Virus record (IMG/VR): IMGVR_UViG_3300025120_000311
Coordinates: 1 to 30,845 of that record
Reading direction: 5' to 3' (one strand)
From: a virus
Taxonomy: Duplodnaviria > Caudoviricetes
Length of the DNA stretch: 30,845 nucleotides
Shown: positions 17,860-26,123 of the stretch, piece after piece
Layout: each line of letters begins with the position of its first letter
Position numbering within the stretch: position 1 is the stretch's first letter
The notes under the pieces: model-generated
Database searches by the model: none
Seen by the model: the letters and a program-made list of their open reading frames with translations, nothing else
What the model was told of the DNA's origin: nothing
Position numbers and translations under genes: made by a program

Positions 17860-19361
17860 TGAGAGACCCTAGCACGTGGTCTATTATCCTTGGCCCTCCA
17901 GGAACAGGCAAAACAACAACGATCCTTAATTTAATTGAATTAGAAATGGAACGTGGTACACACCCTGATCGTATAGGTTATTTTGCATTTACTAAAAAAG
18001 CATCTGAAGAAGGGCGCGAAAGGACTATGGAGCGTTTCGGGCTAACTCAAAAAGAGTTACCTAATTTTAGAACACTTCATTCTTTATGTCATCGAATGTT
18101 AGGTCTGTCTAGAAGCTCTGTCTTAAATGGACAAACACTTTATGAGTTCAGCGATTTGATGGGCCTACGGCTTACAGGTTCTAATAAACTTGAGGAAGGC
18201 GCGATATCTCTTTTATCGAAAGACGATCGCCTGAGTTTTATTGAAGGTCTATCTCGATTACGTTGCGTGCCTTTACGACAACAGTGGCACGATCATTACG
18301 ATGAAGATATTGATTGGTTTGCGTTAGAGCGGTTTCAAAAAGGTTTAAAGCAGTTTAAGAATTCAAGGGGTCTACATGACTTCACAGATATGTTGGACTT
18401 ATGTGTTCAAAAACAGTTGTCCCCTAAGTTAGATGTAATGTTTGTAGACGAGGCGCAAGACCTCAGCCCCCTACAGTGGCGTTTAGTAGAGTTGTTGGCA
18501 GAGAACTCTCAACGTGTCTATATTGCCGGAGATGATGATCAAGCTATTTTTAGATGGGCAGGGGCAGATGTAGATCATTTGGTCGGGATAAGCAAGGGCA
18601 ACGCCCGTATCTTGGATCAAAGTTATCGCATCCCCCGCAGTGTTCATCGTATAGCTGACAGCATCATACGCCGTGTTAAGACACGAACAGATAAAACTTG
18701 GAATCCTCGGCATGAGGAAGGACAAGTTGTCAGCGAAGCAAGTTTCGAGCATGTCGACCTATCCACAGGTGAATGGTTAATCTTATCACGGTCTAATTAT
18801 TTATTAAATGAGATTGATGCACATTGTAGAAGTCTTGGTGTATACTTTGAGCGTAAAGGCAATCCCTCTATTTCTGATAAAAAGATTGCCGCAGTTCAAG
18901 CGTGGGAGCGATTAAGACGTGGTGATCTTGCGTACCCAGAAGACGCACTATCAGCTGTCTCGTATATTAAGAGCGCGAAGAAGAAGGTTTTTGATACTTT
19001 CGAGCCAACGCAAAGGCTCACACTTTCGCAAGTCTTAGAAATAGCAGAATTAGGCGAACCTAAGATATGGCACGATATGTTTGATGCTATATCCGTTCAA
19101 GAGCGAAGTTATATTCTTTCTATTTTACGTCGCGGCGAAAAGATTACTAAGAAGCCCCGTATAAAACTTTCTACAATACATTCAGCTAAAGGCGGCGAAG
19201 CAGACAACGTTTTACTTCTTACCGATATTCCCCACCGTACTTGGAAAAGTTTTGAAAAAAACCCTGACGACGATACCCGTGTCTTTTATGTTGGAATTAC
19301 CCGAGCAAAGAAAAACCTGCATATCGTACAGCCAATGAGCAATAAATACTTTCCGATATAG
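17859..19361 (+). CDS. UvrD/Rep-family (SF1) helicase
   Basis: GPPGTGKTT, AFTKKA, TLHS, VDEAQD, GDDDQAIF, QSYR, STIHSAKGGEAD and YVGITRAK. TGATG coupling to the primase. Confidence 0.93.
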   Translation: MRDPSTWSIILGPPGTGKTTTILNLIELEMERGTHPDRIGYFAFTKKASEEGRERTMERFGLTQKELPNFRTLHSLCHRMLGLSRSSVLNGQTLYEFSDLMGLRLTGSNKLEEGAISLLSKDDRLSFIEGLSRLRCVPLRQQWHDHYDEDIDWFALERFQKGLKQFKNSRGLHDFTDMLDLCVQKQLSPKLDVMFVDEAQDLSPLQWRLVELLAENSQRVYIAGDDDQAIFRWAGADVDHLVGISKGNARILDQSYRIPRSVHRIADSIIRRVKTRTDKTWNPRHEEGQVVSEASFEHVDLSTGEWLILSRSNYLLNEIDAHCRSLGVYFERKGNPSISDKKIAAVQAWERLRRGDLAYPEDALSAVSYIKSAKKKVFDTFEPTQRLTLSQVLEIAELGEPKIWHDMFDAISVQERSYILSILRRGEKITKKPRIKLSTIHSAKGGEADNVLLLTDIPHRTWKSFEKNPDDDTRVFYVGITRAKKNLHIVQPMSNKYFPI

Positions 19362-19429
19362 ATTATTTTGAGCTTTATCCGTCACTATATTTAGTCTAAA
19401 CTCTTTAGAAAGTAAGACTGGAGGTTGAG

Positions 19430-19840
19430 ATGGGTGGCTGGATTCAAACAACGTCAGACGGATGGATGTGGTCTCCTGATCATGACTTTGGTGAGCAAAA
19501 AACGTGGCCTCGTAATAAATGGCCTTCTGAATATCACAAAGGAAAGAAGATAATGGAACCTGAAGTTATCGCGGAAGTAAAAAAAGCTGAAGCGGGTCGT
19601 AGCATTACGGGTCGTTTAAAAGTCGGCGCGAAGATCGAGTTTGTTAAGTATCCAGATAAAGGTCCAAAACAGATGCTTCATATTTTAGAGGAGCTAGAAG
19701 TGTTTGAAGGCGGGATTACTGTCGGTATGTTTTGGGAAAAGCTTGAAGGAAAGCTCGTGTCTAAACAGTCTGTAGATCGCGTTTATAAACACTATCATCG
19801 TGAGATGGTCGACAAAGGATACATTCGTATTCTTAGCTAG
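19430..19840 (+). CDS. Hypothetical protein
   Basis: 136-aa ORF with GGAGG RBS. Alternative start at 19553. The C-terminal part could be winged-helix-like (weak). Confidence 0.55.
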   Translation: MGGWIQTTSDGWMWSPDHDFGEQKTWPRNKWPSEYHKGKKIMEPEVIAEVKKAEAGRSITGRLKVGAKIEFVKYPDKGPKQMLHILEELEVFEGGITVGMFWEKLEGKLVSKQSVDRVYKHYHREMVDKGYIRILS

Positions 19841-19852
19841 TCTCACCGATGC

Positions 19853-19943
19853 GGGGGAAGTTGGCTTGTGCCGTATGGGAAAAGCGTTCCTTGCCAGTTT
19901 GGTTAATACATTAAGTACCTGAGCCTTAGTGTTAGCTTCCCCC
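19853..19943 (+). ncRNA. Candidate structured RNA element upstream of the methyltransferase
   Basis: GGGGGAAGTTGGC (19853-19865) pairs with GTTAGCTTCCCCC (19931-19943): 13 bp with three G-U pairs, enclosing 65 nt with two small internal hairpins. Confidence 0.4.
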
Positions 19944-19967
19944 ACCCACTTTTATTAGGAGAAATAA

Positions 19968-20807
19968 ATGGCATCTATTAGGAAAAAACTCGCGGTAAAT
20001 GCGAATAATTCTAAGAACACCCGTATGGACATTGCTTCAGCAGGTACACTCGCTAATTGGAGACCAGACGAACTGGCACATATCAGTCGGTTTTGTAAAA
20101 TGGGTCAGCTGATTATGGAACGTGCTAAAAAACTTGATCGACCTGTGGATATACTTGAAATAGGTTGCGGGGAAGTTTGGACATTGCGCTATCTCTATAA
20201 AGCCTTTGTCTCTCGTAAGGCTGAGATTGTTAATAGCTATACGGGTATGGATATTGATCCTGCTTGTTTAGAAGATTGGTGGGTAGACGACGATTTACCT
20301 GTTACAGAACATAAATGGTTTCAAACTATGTCAGGTAATAAAGGTCGTATCGTTTTACAGGACTTAACCATTGATCCTGAGCCCCCCGTAGAAGACGAGT
20401 CGATAGACGTTTTTATGACAACAGAAGTTATAGAACATATGGGGAGAGAGTTTATTGAGCCATGGATCGAAGCCGCCGCACGTAAAATCCGTCCAAACGG
20501 CATTGCGTATGTCTCAACGCCGAACCACGATGGGTCTAACGACATTCTCCCAAAAGACCACGTCTACGAGTGGGGATACGAAGAACTCAAAGAACTCCTC
20601 GAAAAGTATTTCGTTATCGAAAAACATTACGGAACGTTTACCCAAATGAATAATTTTAAGGGTAATCACCGCGCTAATTTACGTTGGCCTCAACACGTTA
20701 TTGATGATATCGAGGGACGGTTTGATAAACATTGGCAACGTGTAATCCTCGCAACTGCGTATCCAGAAACAGCTAATAATGTAAACTGGATTATGAGGAA
20801 GAAGTAA
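19968..20807 (+). CDS. Class I SAM-dependent methyltransferase (small-molecule/UbiG-like type)
   Basis: Motif I ILEIGCG, GMDID, QDL, TEVIEHM and RPNGIAYVSTPN. No DPPY/NPPY or PC DNA-MTase motif. AGGAG RBS. TAATG coupling to the next gene. Confidence 0.85.
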   Translation: MASIRKKLAVNANNSKNTRMDIASAGTLANWRPDELAHISRFCKMGQLIMERAKKLDRPVDILEIGCGEVWTLRYLYKAFVSRKAEIVNSYTGMDIDPACLEDWWVDDDLPVTEHKWFQTMSGNKGRIVLQDLTIDPEPPVEDESIDVFMTTEVIEHMGREFIEPWIEAAARKIRPNGIAYVSTPNHDGSNDILPKDHVYEWGYEELKELLEKYFVIEKHYGTFTQMNNFKGNHRANLRWPQHVIDDIEGRFDKHWQRVILATAYPETANNVNWIMRKK

Positions 20808-21634
20808 TGGAACCAATAGAACGGTTCTTTTGGTGGATGGAGGAGAGGCATCGTATTTTTCTAAAGAAGAATATGGGCCTCTCCCGCCAGCAGTGGACAG
20901 ATGATGAGATTTTAAAGACTTATCGCTTTACTAATCCCTTTAGAGAGAACGACAAGACCACCGTTTGGTTTAGGGAAAATATGCGCGACCCTTTGAAAGA
21001 TAATGACGCTGTTCTTATGGCGACTGTCATTTTTCGTTGGTTCAATTTTATTCAAACAGGTGAAACGTTACTTGCTAATAATCTCCATATAGACTGGAAC
21101 CCAGAGGTCGCTAGAGAAGAAATCAAAAAGCAATCTAAATATGTAACGGGTGGGTACATAATTAAAACTCCTGACGGGATGGATAAAGTCGATGGGGTGA
21201 TTTGGTGTGTAAACCGTATCTGGCCCCAACGCGAACAACTCGCCAATGATATCCGTTCAAACAACCTCCGTGGTTCTTGGAACTTGTTTATGCAATTTCC
21301 GTACCTAGGAGCCTTTATGTCATATGAATTAATTACTGATTTGCGTCATACGCATTTATTGCATTCAGCCGATGATATTTATACTTGGGCTAATGCTGGT
21401 CCTGGAGCCATGCGAGGCTTAAATCGTATACATGGTAGACCCCTGAACTTTAAAAGTCGTAAACATAATTTTAATTCAGAGATGAGAGACTTGTTAAGTA
21501 TATCTCCCCTACACCTAACAAAAGATTTTTTGCCTAAATTAGAAATGAGGGATATTGAACACAGTCTTTGTGAGTTTGATAAATATGAACGAGTGCGTAA
21601 CGGAGAAGGCGCACCAAGAGGGAGATACCCATGA
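20807..21634 (+). CDS. aGPT-Pplase1 family / helical 5-hydroxymethyl-dU DNA kinase
   Basis: EERHRI...WTDDEILKTYRFTNPFRENDKT, FRWFN, GAFMSYELITDL, GPGAMRGL and DIEHSLCEFDKYER match the clade-1 alpha-glutamyl/putrescinyl-thymine pyrophosphorylase family (helical glycosylase-like fold). Confidence 0.85.
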   Translation: MEPIERFFWWMEERHRIFLKKNMGLSRQQWTDDEILKTYRFTNPFRENDKTTVWFRENMRDPLKDNDAVLMATVIFRWFNFIQTGETLLANNLHIDWNPEVAREEIKKQSKYVTGGYIIKTPDGMDKVDGVIWCVNRIWPQREQLANDIRSNNLRGSWNLFMQFPYLGAFMSYELITDLRHTHLLHSADDIYTWANAGPGAMRGLNRIHGRPLNFKSRKHNFNSEMRDLLSISPLHLTKDFLPKLEMRDIEHSLCEFDKYERVRNGEGAPRGRYP

Positions 21635-22659
21635 AAGTTATACAGGGCGTAAATGTTAACGAAGTTTTCCAAATAGCTGTGATGAGCTTACGGTCAGAAT
21701 TCGATCATTACATAATAACAGAGTCTCGTAATGGTCCTGTTAAGATGCTTTCTAACCCTTTAACCACAGTTTACAGACGGCCTAACGAGCGTGTTTTATT
21801 TAGCCCTCAACGTAACTGTAATCCGTTTTTTCATTTTATAGAAGCCCTGTGGATGCTGGATGGTCGTAACGACCTTGATACTTTGACAATGTTTGCTAAA
21901 AAGATGGCAGATTTTTCTGACGATGGGGTTCTTGTAAATGGTGCTTATGGTTATCGTTGGAGAGAATATTTTGGACGTGATCAGTTAAGCGAGGTAATTG
22001 ATCGTTTACGTGCAGACCCATCAGATAGACGAATGGTGTTGCAAATGTGGGATGCTAAAGAAGACTTGCTTTCCTCATCGAAAGATGTTCCGTGTAATAC
22101 TCAAATATATTTCAAAGCTCGACCTGTATATTTTAAGAAACCAGAAGATTACGAAATGAAGTTAAGTGATTACTATTTAGATATGACTGTAACTAATCGC
22201 TCTAACGATTTAATCTGGGGGATGTACGGAGCAAACGCTGTACACTTCAGTGTACTACAAGAATATGTCGCTAGTATGGTTGGCATGAAACTTGGACAGT
22301 ATTGGCAGGTATCAAATAATGCTCACGTATATATGGACGTTTGGGAGCCGCTTGAAGAAAGGTTGCCACAGGGTATTGCACCAGATTTATATGAGATCGA
22401 GGAAGTCAAACCCAAAGCCCTTGTCGATGATTGGCCAACGTTCGATGAAGAGCTTCGTATCTTCTTCGACTGGCTCCACAAGGGTGAGTCCTTTATGGGA
22501 TACAAAAATCACATCTTTCCGAAGACTGCAATACCTATGGTCGAAGCGTGGTGGCTCTGGAAAGGTAAAATGATTAACGAGGCTGTTGATAAAGCTCGTG
22601 AAATAGAAGCGTCAGATTGGAGAAAGGCTTGCGTAGAATGGCTAGAAAGAAAGAAATAG
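21631..22659 (+). CDS. Thymidylate synthase homologue, probable dUMP hydroxymethylase
   Basis: SRNG, NPFF..EALWMLDGR, FSDDG..AYG.RWR, catalytic DVPCN, and RSNDLIWGMYGAN (Asn at the dU-specificity position). RSND rather than RSCD/RSAD, plus the gene neighbourhood, favour a hydroxymethylase. Confidence 0.8.
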   Translation: MKVIQGVNVNEVFQIAVMSLRSEFDHYIITESRNGPVKMLSNPLTTVYRRPNERVLFSPQRNCNPFFHFIEALWMLDGRNDLDTLTMFAKKMADFSDDGVLVNGAYGYRWREYFGRDQLSEVIDRLRADPSDRRMVLQMWDAKEDLLSSSKDVPCNTQIYFKARPVYFKKPEDYEMKLSDYYLDMTVTNRSNDLIWGMYGANAVHFSVLQEYVASMVGMKLGQYWQVSNNAHVYMDVWEPLEERLPQGIAPDLYEIEEVKPKALVDDWPTFDEELRIFFDWLHKGESFMGYKNHIFPKTAIPMVEAWWLWKGKMINEAVDKAREIEASDWRKACVEWLERKK

Positions 22660-23030
22660 AACAAGAACGCCATGAGGAGTTTATGAAGCGTAAACTATTA
22701 GAGGGTGCGAACTACGCTACCGATGAAACTCGAAGCGCGATTATTAACAGGGTTATGTGCCTTGGTATAGAGGATGCCGACGAGCTTCATAAAGCCGAGC
22801 AGTCTTATGGCGACAGCTGGAAACAGCGCGGCGGTGTGGGTGCGTTCATGATGGCGGCGCGTAAATGGGATCGTATTGAAAAACAGGTTCTAGGACATAG
22901 CTACGATATCTTCTCAGCTATGGACGAGGATAGACGCCCTGAAGGTATCTTAGACGATATCCGCGACTTACGACGATATCTGTTCCTCATCGATGCTGAG
23001 ATGTGCGCTAGGGGTAGTCAAGATGACTAA
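22638..23030 (+). CDS. Nmad1/DUF1599-like all-alpha (MazG-fold-like) protein, putative nucleotide pyrophosphatase
   Basis: SYGDSW...RKWDRIE...ILDDIRDLRRY pattern. ATG 22638 preferred over TTG 22617. Located between the TS homologue and PolA. Confidence 0.6.
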   Translation: MARKKEIEQERHEEFMKRKLLEGANYATDETRSAIINRVMCLGIEDADELHKAEQSYGDSWKQRGGVGAFMMAARKWDRIEKQVLGHSYDIFSAMDEDRRPEGILDDIRDLRRYLFLIDAEMCARGSQDD

Positions 23031-24987
23031 TAACATAGTAAGCTCTAATCAGATAAAACCTGATAAGAAACTAGCTATGCCAAAAAACCCACTTCAGCAA
23101 CCCCTCTTTACTCCCGATAGTGATTGGACACCACCCGAAGTTTTACCTGACCTGACTAAGTCAAAAGAAATATGTATCGACTTAGAAACTAGAGATCCAT
23201 CAATTAAAGAAAAAGGAGCAGGTTGGGCGCGAGGTGAAGGCCACGTTGTAGGGTATGCGGTAGCTACGGAATCTTGGTCAGGTTATTTACCTGTTAAACA
23301 TGAGGCCGGAGGCAACTTAAATGAAAAGCTCGTTAAAAATTGGTTACAAGCACAAATCGATGGTGGTGCTGATATCGTTTGTCATAACGCTTCCTACGAT
23401 ATTGGGTGGATGCGCAGAGAGGGTATTACCTTGTCCGGCAACAAACTCATTGACACAATGGTGTCTGCCCCTTTAATCGATGAAAATAGGTTTAGTTATG
23501 CTCTTAATGCGCTTGGTAAAAGCTATCTTCAAGAAAAGAAAGACGAGTCTCTCTTACGCGATGCCGCTGAAGCTTGGAATGTGGATGCGAAAGGGGGGCT
23601 ACATCAATTACCCCCCATGTATGTAGGTCCATATGCTGAACAAGACGCTTTGCTTACCCTTAAACTTTGGGAATGGCAAAAAGGAGAAATGACGCGGCAA
23701 GACTTATGGAGTATCTTTGATCTGGAATCTTCTATTACGCCTTTGCTTATCGAGATGCGTTGGCGTGGAGTACGAGTAGATTTAGATAAAGCTGACGAAC
23801 TTTCTAAATGGTTCCGAGCTAAAGAAGAATTAGCCCTTCAACAAATAAAGAAACTTTGTGGCAAGAATGTAGAAGTATGGGCTAATAAATCTATTAAGGA
23901 AGCGTTTGATAGTTTGAATATAGAATACCCCCGAACCGATCTTGGTTCTCCGTCTTTTCAACAAGGTTGGTTAGAATCTCATAAACATGAAATGCCGAAG
24001 TTGATTGTAGAAGCGCGAAAAATGAATAAAGCGCGAACTACATTCATTGACGGAATGATAATGTCTAACCAAGTTGATGGTCGTATTCATGCTGAACTGC
24101 ATCCTTTGCGCTCAGACGATGGTGGTACAGTAACAGGGCGGTTCAGTTATTCTAACCCGAATCTTCAGCAAGTACCCGCCCGTGACCCTGAGATAGGAAC
24201 GAAGATTCGTTCGTTATTTATTCCTGAAGAAGGGTGCCAATGGGGGGCTTTCGATTACTCGCAACAGGAACCACGGATCGTGGTACACTACTCGCATATG
24301 ATGGGTCTTAGGGGCGCACAGGACGCCGTAGACGCCTTTCAACAAGACGATGCAGACTTCCACCAGATCGTAGCGGACATGGCGGGTATACCGCGTAAAC
24401 AAGCTAAGAACATCAACCTTGGGTTATTTTATTCCATGGGTGTTACGAAGTTATCAGACAGTCTTGGGTTGACACTAGACGAAGGTAAACAATTATTCGC
24501 TCAATACCATGACCGTGTTCCTTTTGTAAAATCTCTATCCGAACGAGCAGTCCAGAGGGCTTCAAAACAAGGAAGTATTCGTACGCTCTTAGGACGGCGG
24601 TGTCGATTCGATAAATGGGAACCAGCTCAGTTTGGCACACGAAAAATTATGGACCATAAAACAGCGTATGCAGAATATGGCAATGCAATCAAAAGAGCGT
24701 TTACGCATAAAGCGATGAATAGATTGATACAAGGTAGTGCGGCTGATATGACTAAAAAGGCAATGCAGTTGTTATACGCTGAGGGTATTGTTCCGCATAT
24801 TCAAGTACACGACGAACTTGATTTTTCCATCGAATCACCTGAACAAATTAAAAAGATCAAGGATATTATGGAGGAGTGCGTTGAACTTAGTGTACCGATC
24901 AAGGTAGATGTTGATTTAGGACCGAACTGGGGTGACGCAAAAGAAATGGAAAAGGTGGTAGAAGATGTCGAAAGCACCAAAGGGTAA
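23023..24987 (+). CDS. polA: Family A DNA polymerase with 3'-5' exonuclease
   Basis: ExoI DLET, ExoII HNASYD, ExoIII YAEQD, TVTGRFS..PNLQQVP, motif A DYSQQEPR, motif B RKQAKNINLGLFYSMG and motif C QVHDEL. The start is uncertain (23023 or 23077). Confidence 0.96.
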   Translation: MTNNIVSSNQIKPDKKLAMPKNPLQQPLFTPDSDWTPPEVLPDLTKSKEICIDLETRDPSIKEKGAGWARGEGHVVGYAVATESWSGYLPVKHEAGGNLNEKLVKNWLQAQIDGGADIVCHNASYDIGWMRREGITLSGNKLIDTMVSAPLIDENRFSYALNALGKSYLQEKKDESLLRDAAEAWNVDAKGGLHQLPPMYVGPYAEQDALLTLKLWEWQKGEMTRQDLWSIFDLESSITPLLIEMRWRGVRVDLDKADELSKWFRAKEELALQQIKKLCGKNVEVWANKSIKEAFDSLNIEYPRTDLGSPSFQQGWLESHKHEMPKLIVEARKMNKARTTFIDGMIMSNQVDGRIHAELHPLRSDDGGTVTGRFSYSNPNLQQVPARDPEIGTKIRSLFIPEEGCQWGAFDYSQQEPRIVVHYSHMMGLRGAQDAVDAFQQDDADFHQIVADMAGIPRKQAKNINLGLFYSMGVTKLSDSLGLTLDEGKQLFAQYHDRVPFVKSLSERAVQRASKQGSIRTLLGRRCRFDKWEPAQFGTRKIMDHKTAYAEYGNAIKRAFTHKAMNRLIQGSAADMTKKAMQLLYAEGIVPHIQVHDELDFSIESPEQIKKIKDIMEECVELSVPIKVDVDLGPNWGDAKEMEKVVEDVESTKG

Positions 24988-25333
24988 GCGAGGGGTAGCG
25001 AGTCCTCTTACTCAACCGACCCCGTGTAAAACGCATACTTTTGAAATGACTAATGTTGTTGATAGCAGAAAAGAAGGTGAAATTTTAAAACGTAGACGTA
25101 GATGTAAACAATGTGGGTTATTGATTCATACCGAAGAAAAGATTATTTCTTATGGGTCAAAAAAACAACCACACCGTAATGGTTATACTGTAGGAACACC
25201 AACGGCCCCTCCAAAACCTAAGAAGAAACGTAAAGCAATGCCTTTACTTCATGTTGAACCAGATTTCGATAAAATGACTGACGATGAAATCGAAGAGTGG
25301 ATAACAAGTGGCAAAGAATATTATAACGAGTAG
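24965..25333 (+). CDS. NrdR-like Zn-ribbon protein
   Basis: VVDSR...LKRRRRCKQCG..HTEE resembles the NrdR N-terminal Zn-ribbon. No ATP-cone follows. Confidence 0.6.
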   Translation: MSKAPKGKRGVASPLTQPTPCKTHTFEMTNVVDSRKEGEILKRRRRCKQCGLLIHTEEKIISYGSKKQPHRNGYTVGTPTAPPKPKKKRKAMPLLHVEPDFDKMTDDEIEEWITSGKEYYNE

Positions 25334-25353
25334 TTTCAGCTTTTTGTAGTTTA

Positions 25354-25383
25354 TTGACTAAATTTTGCCCCCTATAATAAATT
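25354..25383 (+). promoter_or_regulatory. Putative early promoter (TTGACT...CTATAATAAATT)
   Basis: TTGACT at 25354 and TATAAT at 25373 (13-nt spacer), or TAAATT at 25378 (18-nt spacer). Member of the recurring motif family. Confidence 0.5.
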
Positions 25384-25408
25384 ACTAAAGTAAATTATAG
25401 GAGCAGTC

Positions 25409-25621
25409 ATGAGTTCATCTATTAAAATATCGCAGTCTCTTTCTATTTGTCTATGGCGAGCGTTGCGAGAGGAAGATCGAGCTGAAGCTGATCTCCTAGC
25501 CTCAGCTATTATCGGTAGCGGTTTTGAGCCAGAGTTCGAGGATGATGCTGAGGGTTTAGACTTTTATCGTGAGTACCTTATCGCCCATGGTTTAGTGGAG
25601 GATGTTGAGTCGTCCCACTAA
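25409..25621 (+). CDS. Hypothetical acidic protein
   Basis: AGGAG RBS, 70 aa, downstream of a promoter-like motif. Confidence 0.6.
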   Translation: MSSSIKISQSLSICLWRALREEDRAEADLLASAIIGSGFEPEFEDDAEGLDFYREYLIAHGLVEDVESSH

Positions 25622-25647
25622 CTTTTGCTCTAAGAAAGGATATTATT

Positions 25648-25935
25648 ATGAGCACTAAATCTGAGTTTGATTTTGCCCTTACAAATTATGCTAGAGCTAT
25701 GCGTGGCTATTCTAGATCCATAGCTTTAGCTCAAGAAGAAGTTCATTTTTGTCGACGTAGACGTGTTTTCGAGGTAGGCGTAGACCACTTTTATCATTGG
25801 CATCTTAACCATGCTGCTACCTTTCGTAATAATGCTTATAATTGGTGGTCGCTTGCTGAGACTTATCGTAAACGCTTAACTGAAATGCACGAAAACGCTT
25901 ATTATGATAATGCAAGCCAGCACGTTGCCGCCTGA
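25648..25935 (+). CDS. Hypothetical protein
   Basis: AGAAAGGA RBS, 95 aa, TGATG coupling to the next ORF. Confidence 0.6.
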   Translation: MSTKSEFDFALTNYARAMRGYSRSIALAQEEVHFCRRRRVFEVGVDHFYHWHLNHAATFRNNAYNWWSLAETYRKRLTEMHENAYYDNASQHVAA

Positions 25936-26123
25936 TGGTTAAATGGGTTTTACTTTTAATAATCGCTAAGGGGTTCAATGGTTTTGAAACTAAGCCCCTT
26001 GGTTATTTTGATACGATAGCTCAGTGTCACGTATCTTCTACTCAAATTTTTTGGGAGGATATGCCTTTTAACCAAGAAGCGGTTTGCATAAGAGTAGAGG
26101 TTATTTATGACGAAGGATATTGA
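25935..26123 (+). CDS. Small Cys-pair protein with hydrophobic N-terminus
   Basis: MVKWVLLLII...YFDTIAQC...AVCI has the same architecture as 11075-11302. Confidence 0.6.
   Translation: MVKWVLLLIIAKGFNGFETKPLGYFDTIAQCHVSSTQIFWEDMPFNQEAVCIRVEVIYDEGY

Noticed and set aside
19968-20807. Ordinary orphan DNA methyltransferase (m6A/m4C/m5C)
   Set aside because: It has no DPPY/NPPY/SPPY or PC/ENV motifs. The motif order matches small-molecule class I MTases.
21631-22659. dCMP hydroxymethylase (hmC pathway)
   Set aside because: The specificity position after RSND..WG appears to be Asn (GAN), not Asp, and the adjacent gene belongs to an hmdU-acting family. A plain ThyA cannot be fully excluded without an assay.
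24230-24420. Locally higher C/G-ending codon patch in polA (also about 20450-20630) as an intron, intein or recombination tract
   Set aside because: The reading frame and motif spacing are uninterrupted and there are no intein or intron signatures. The compositional shift is only an impression and was not quantified.
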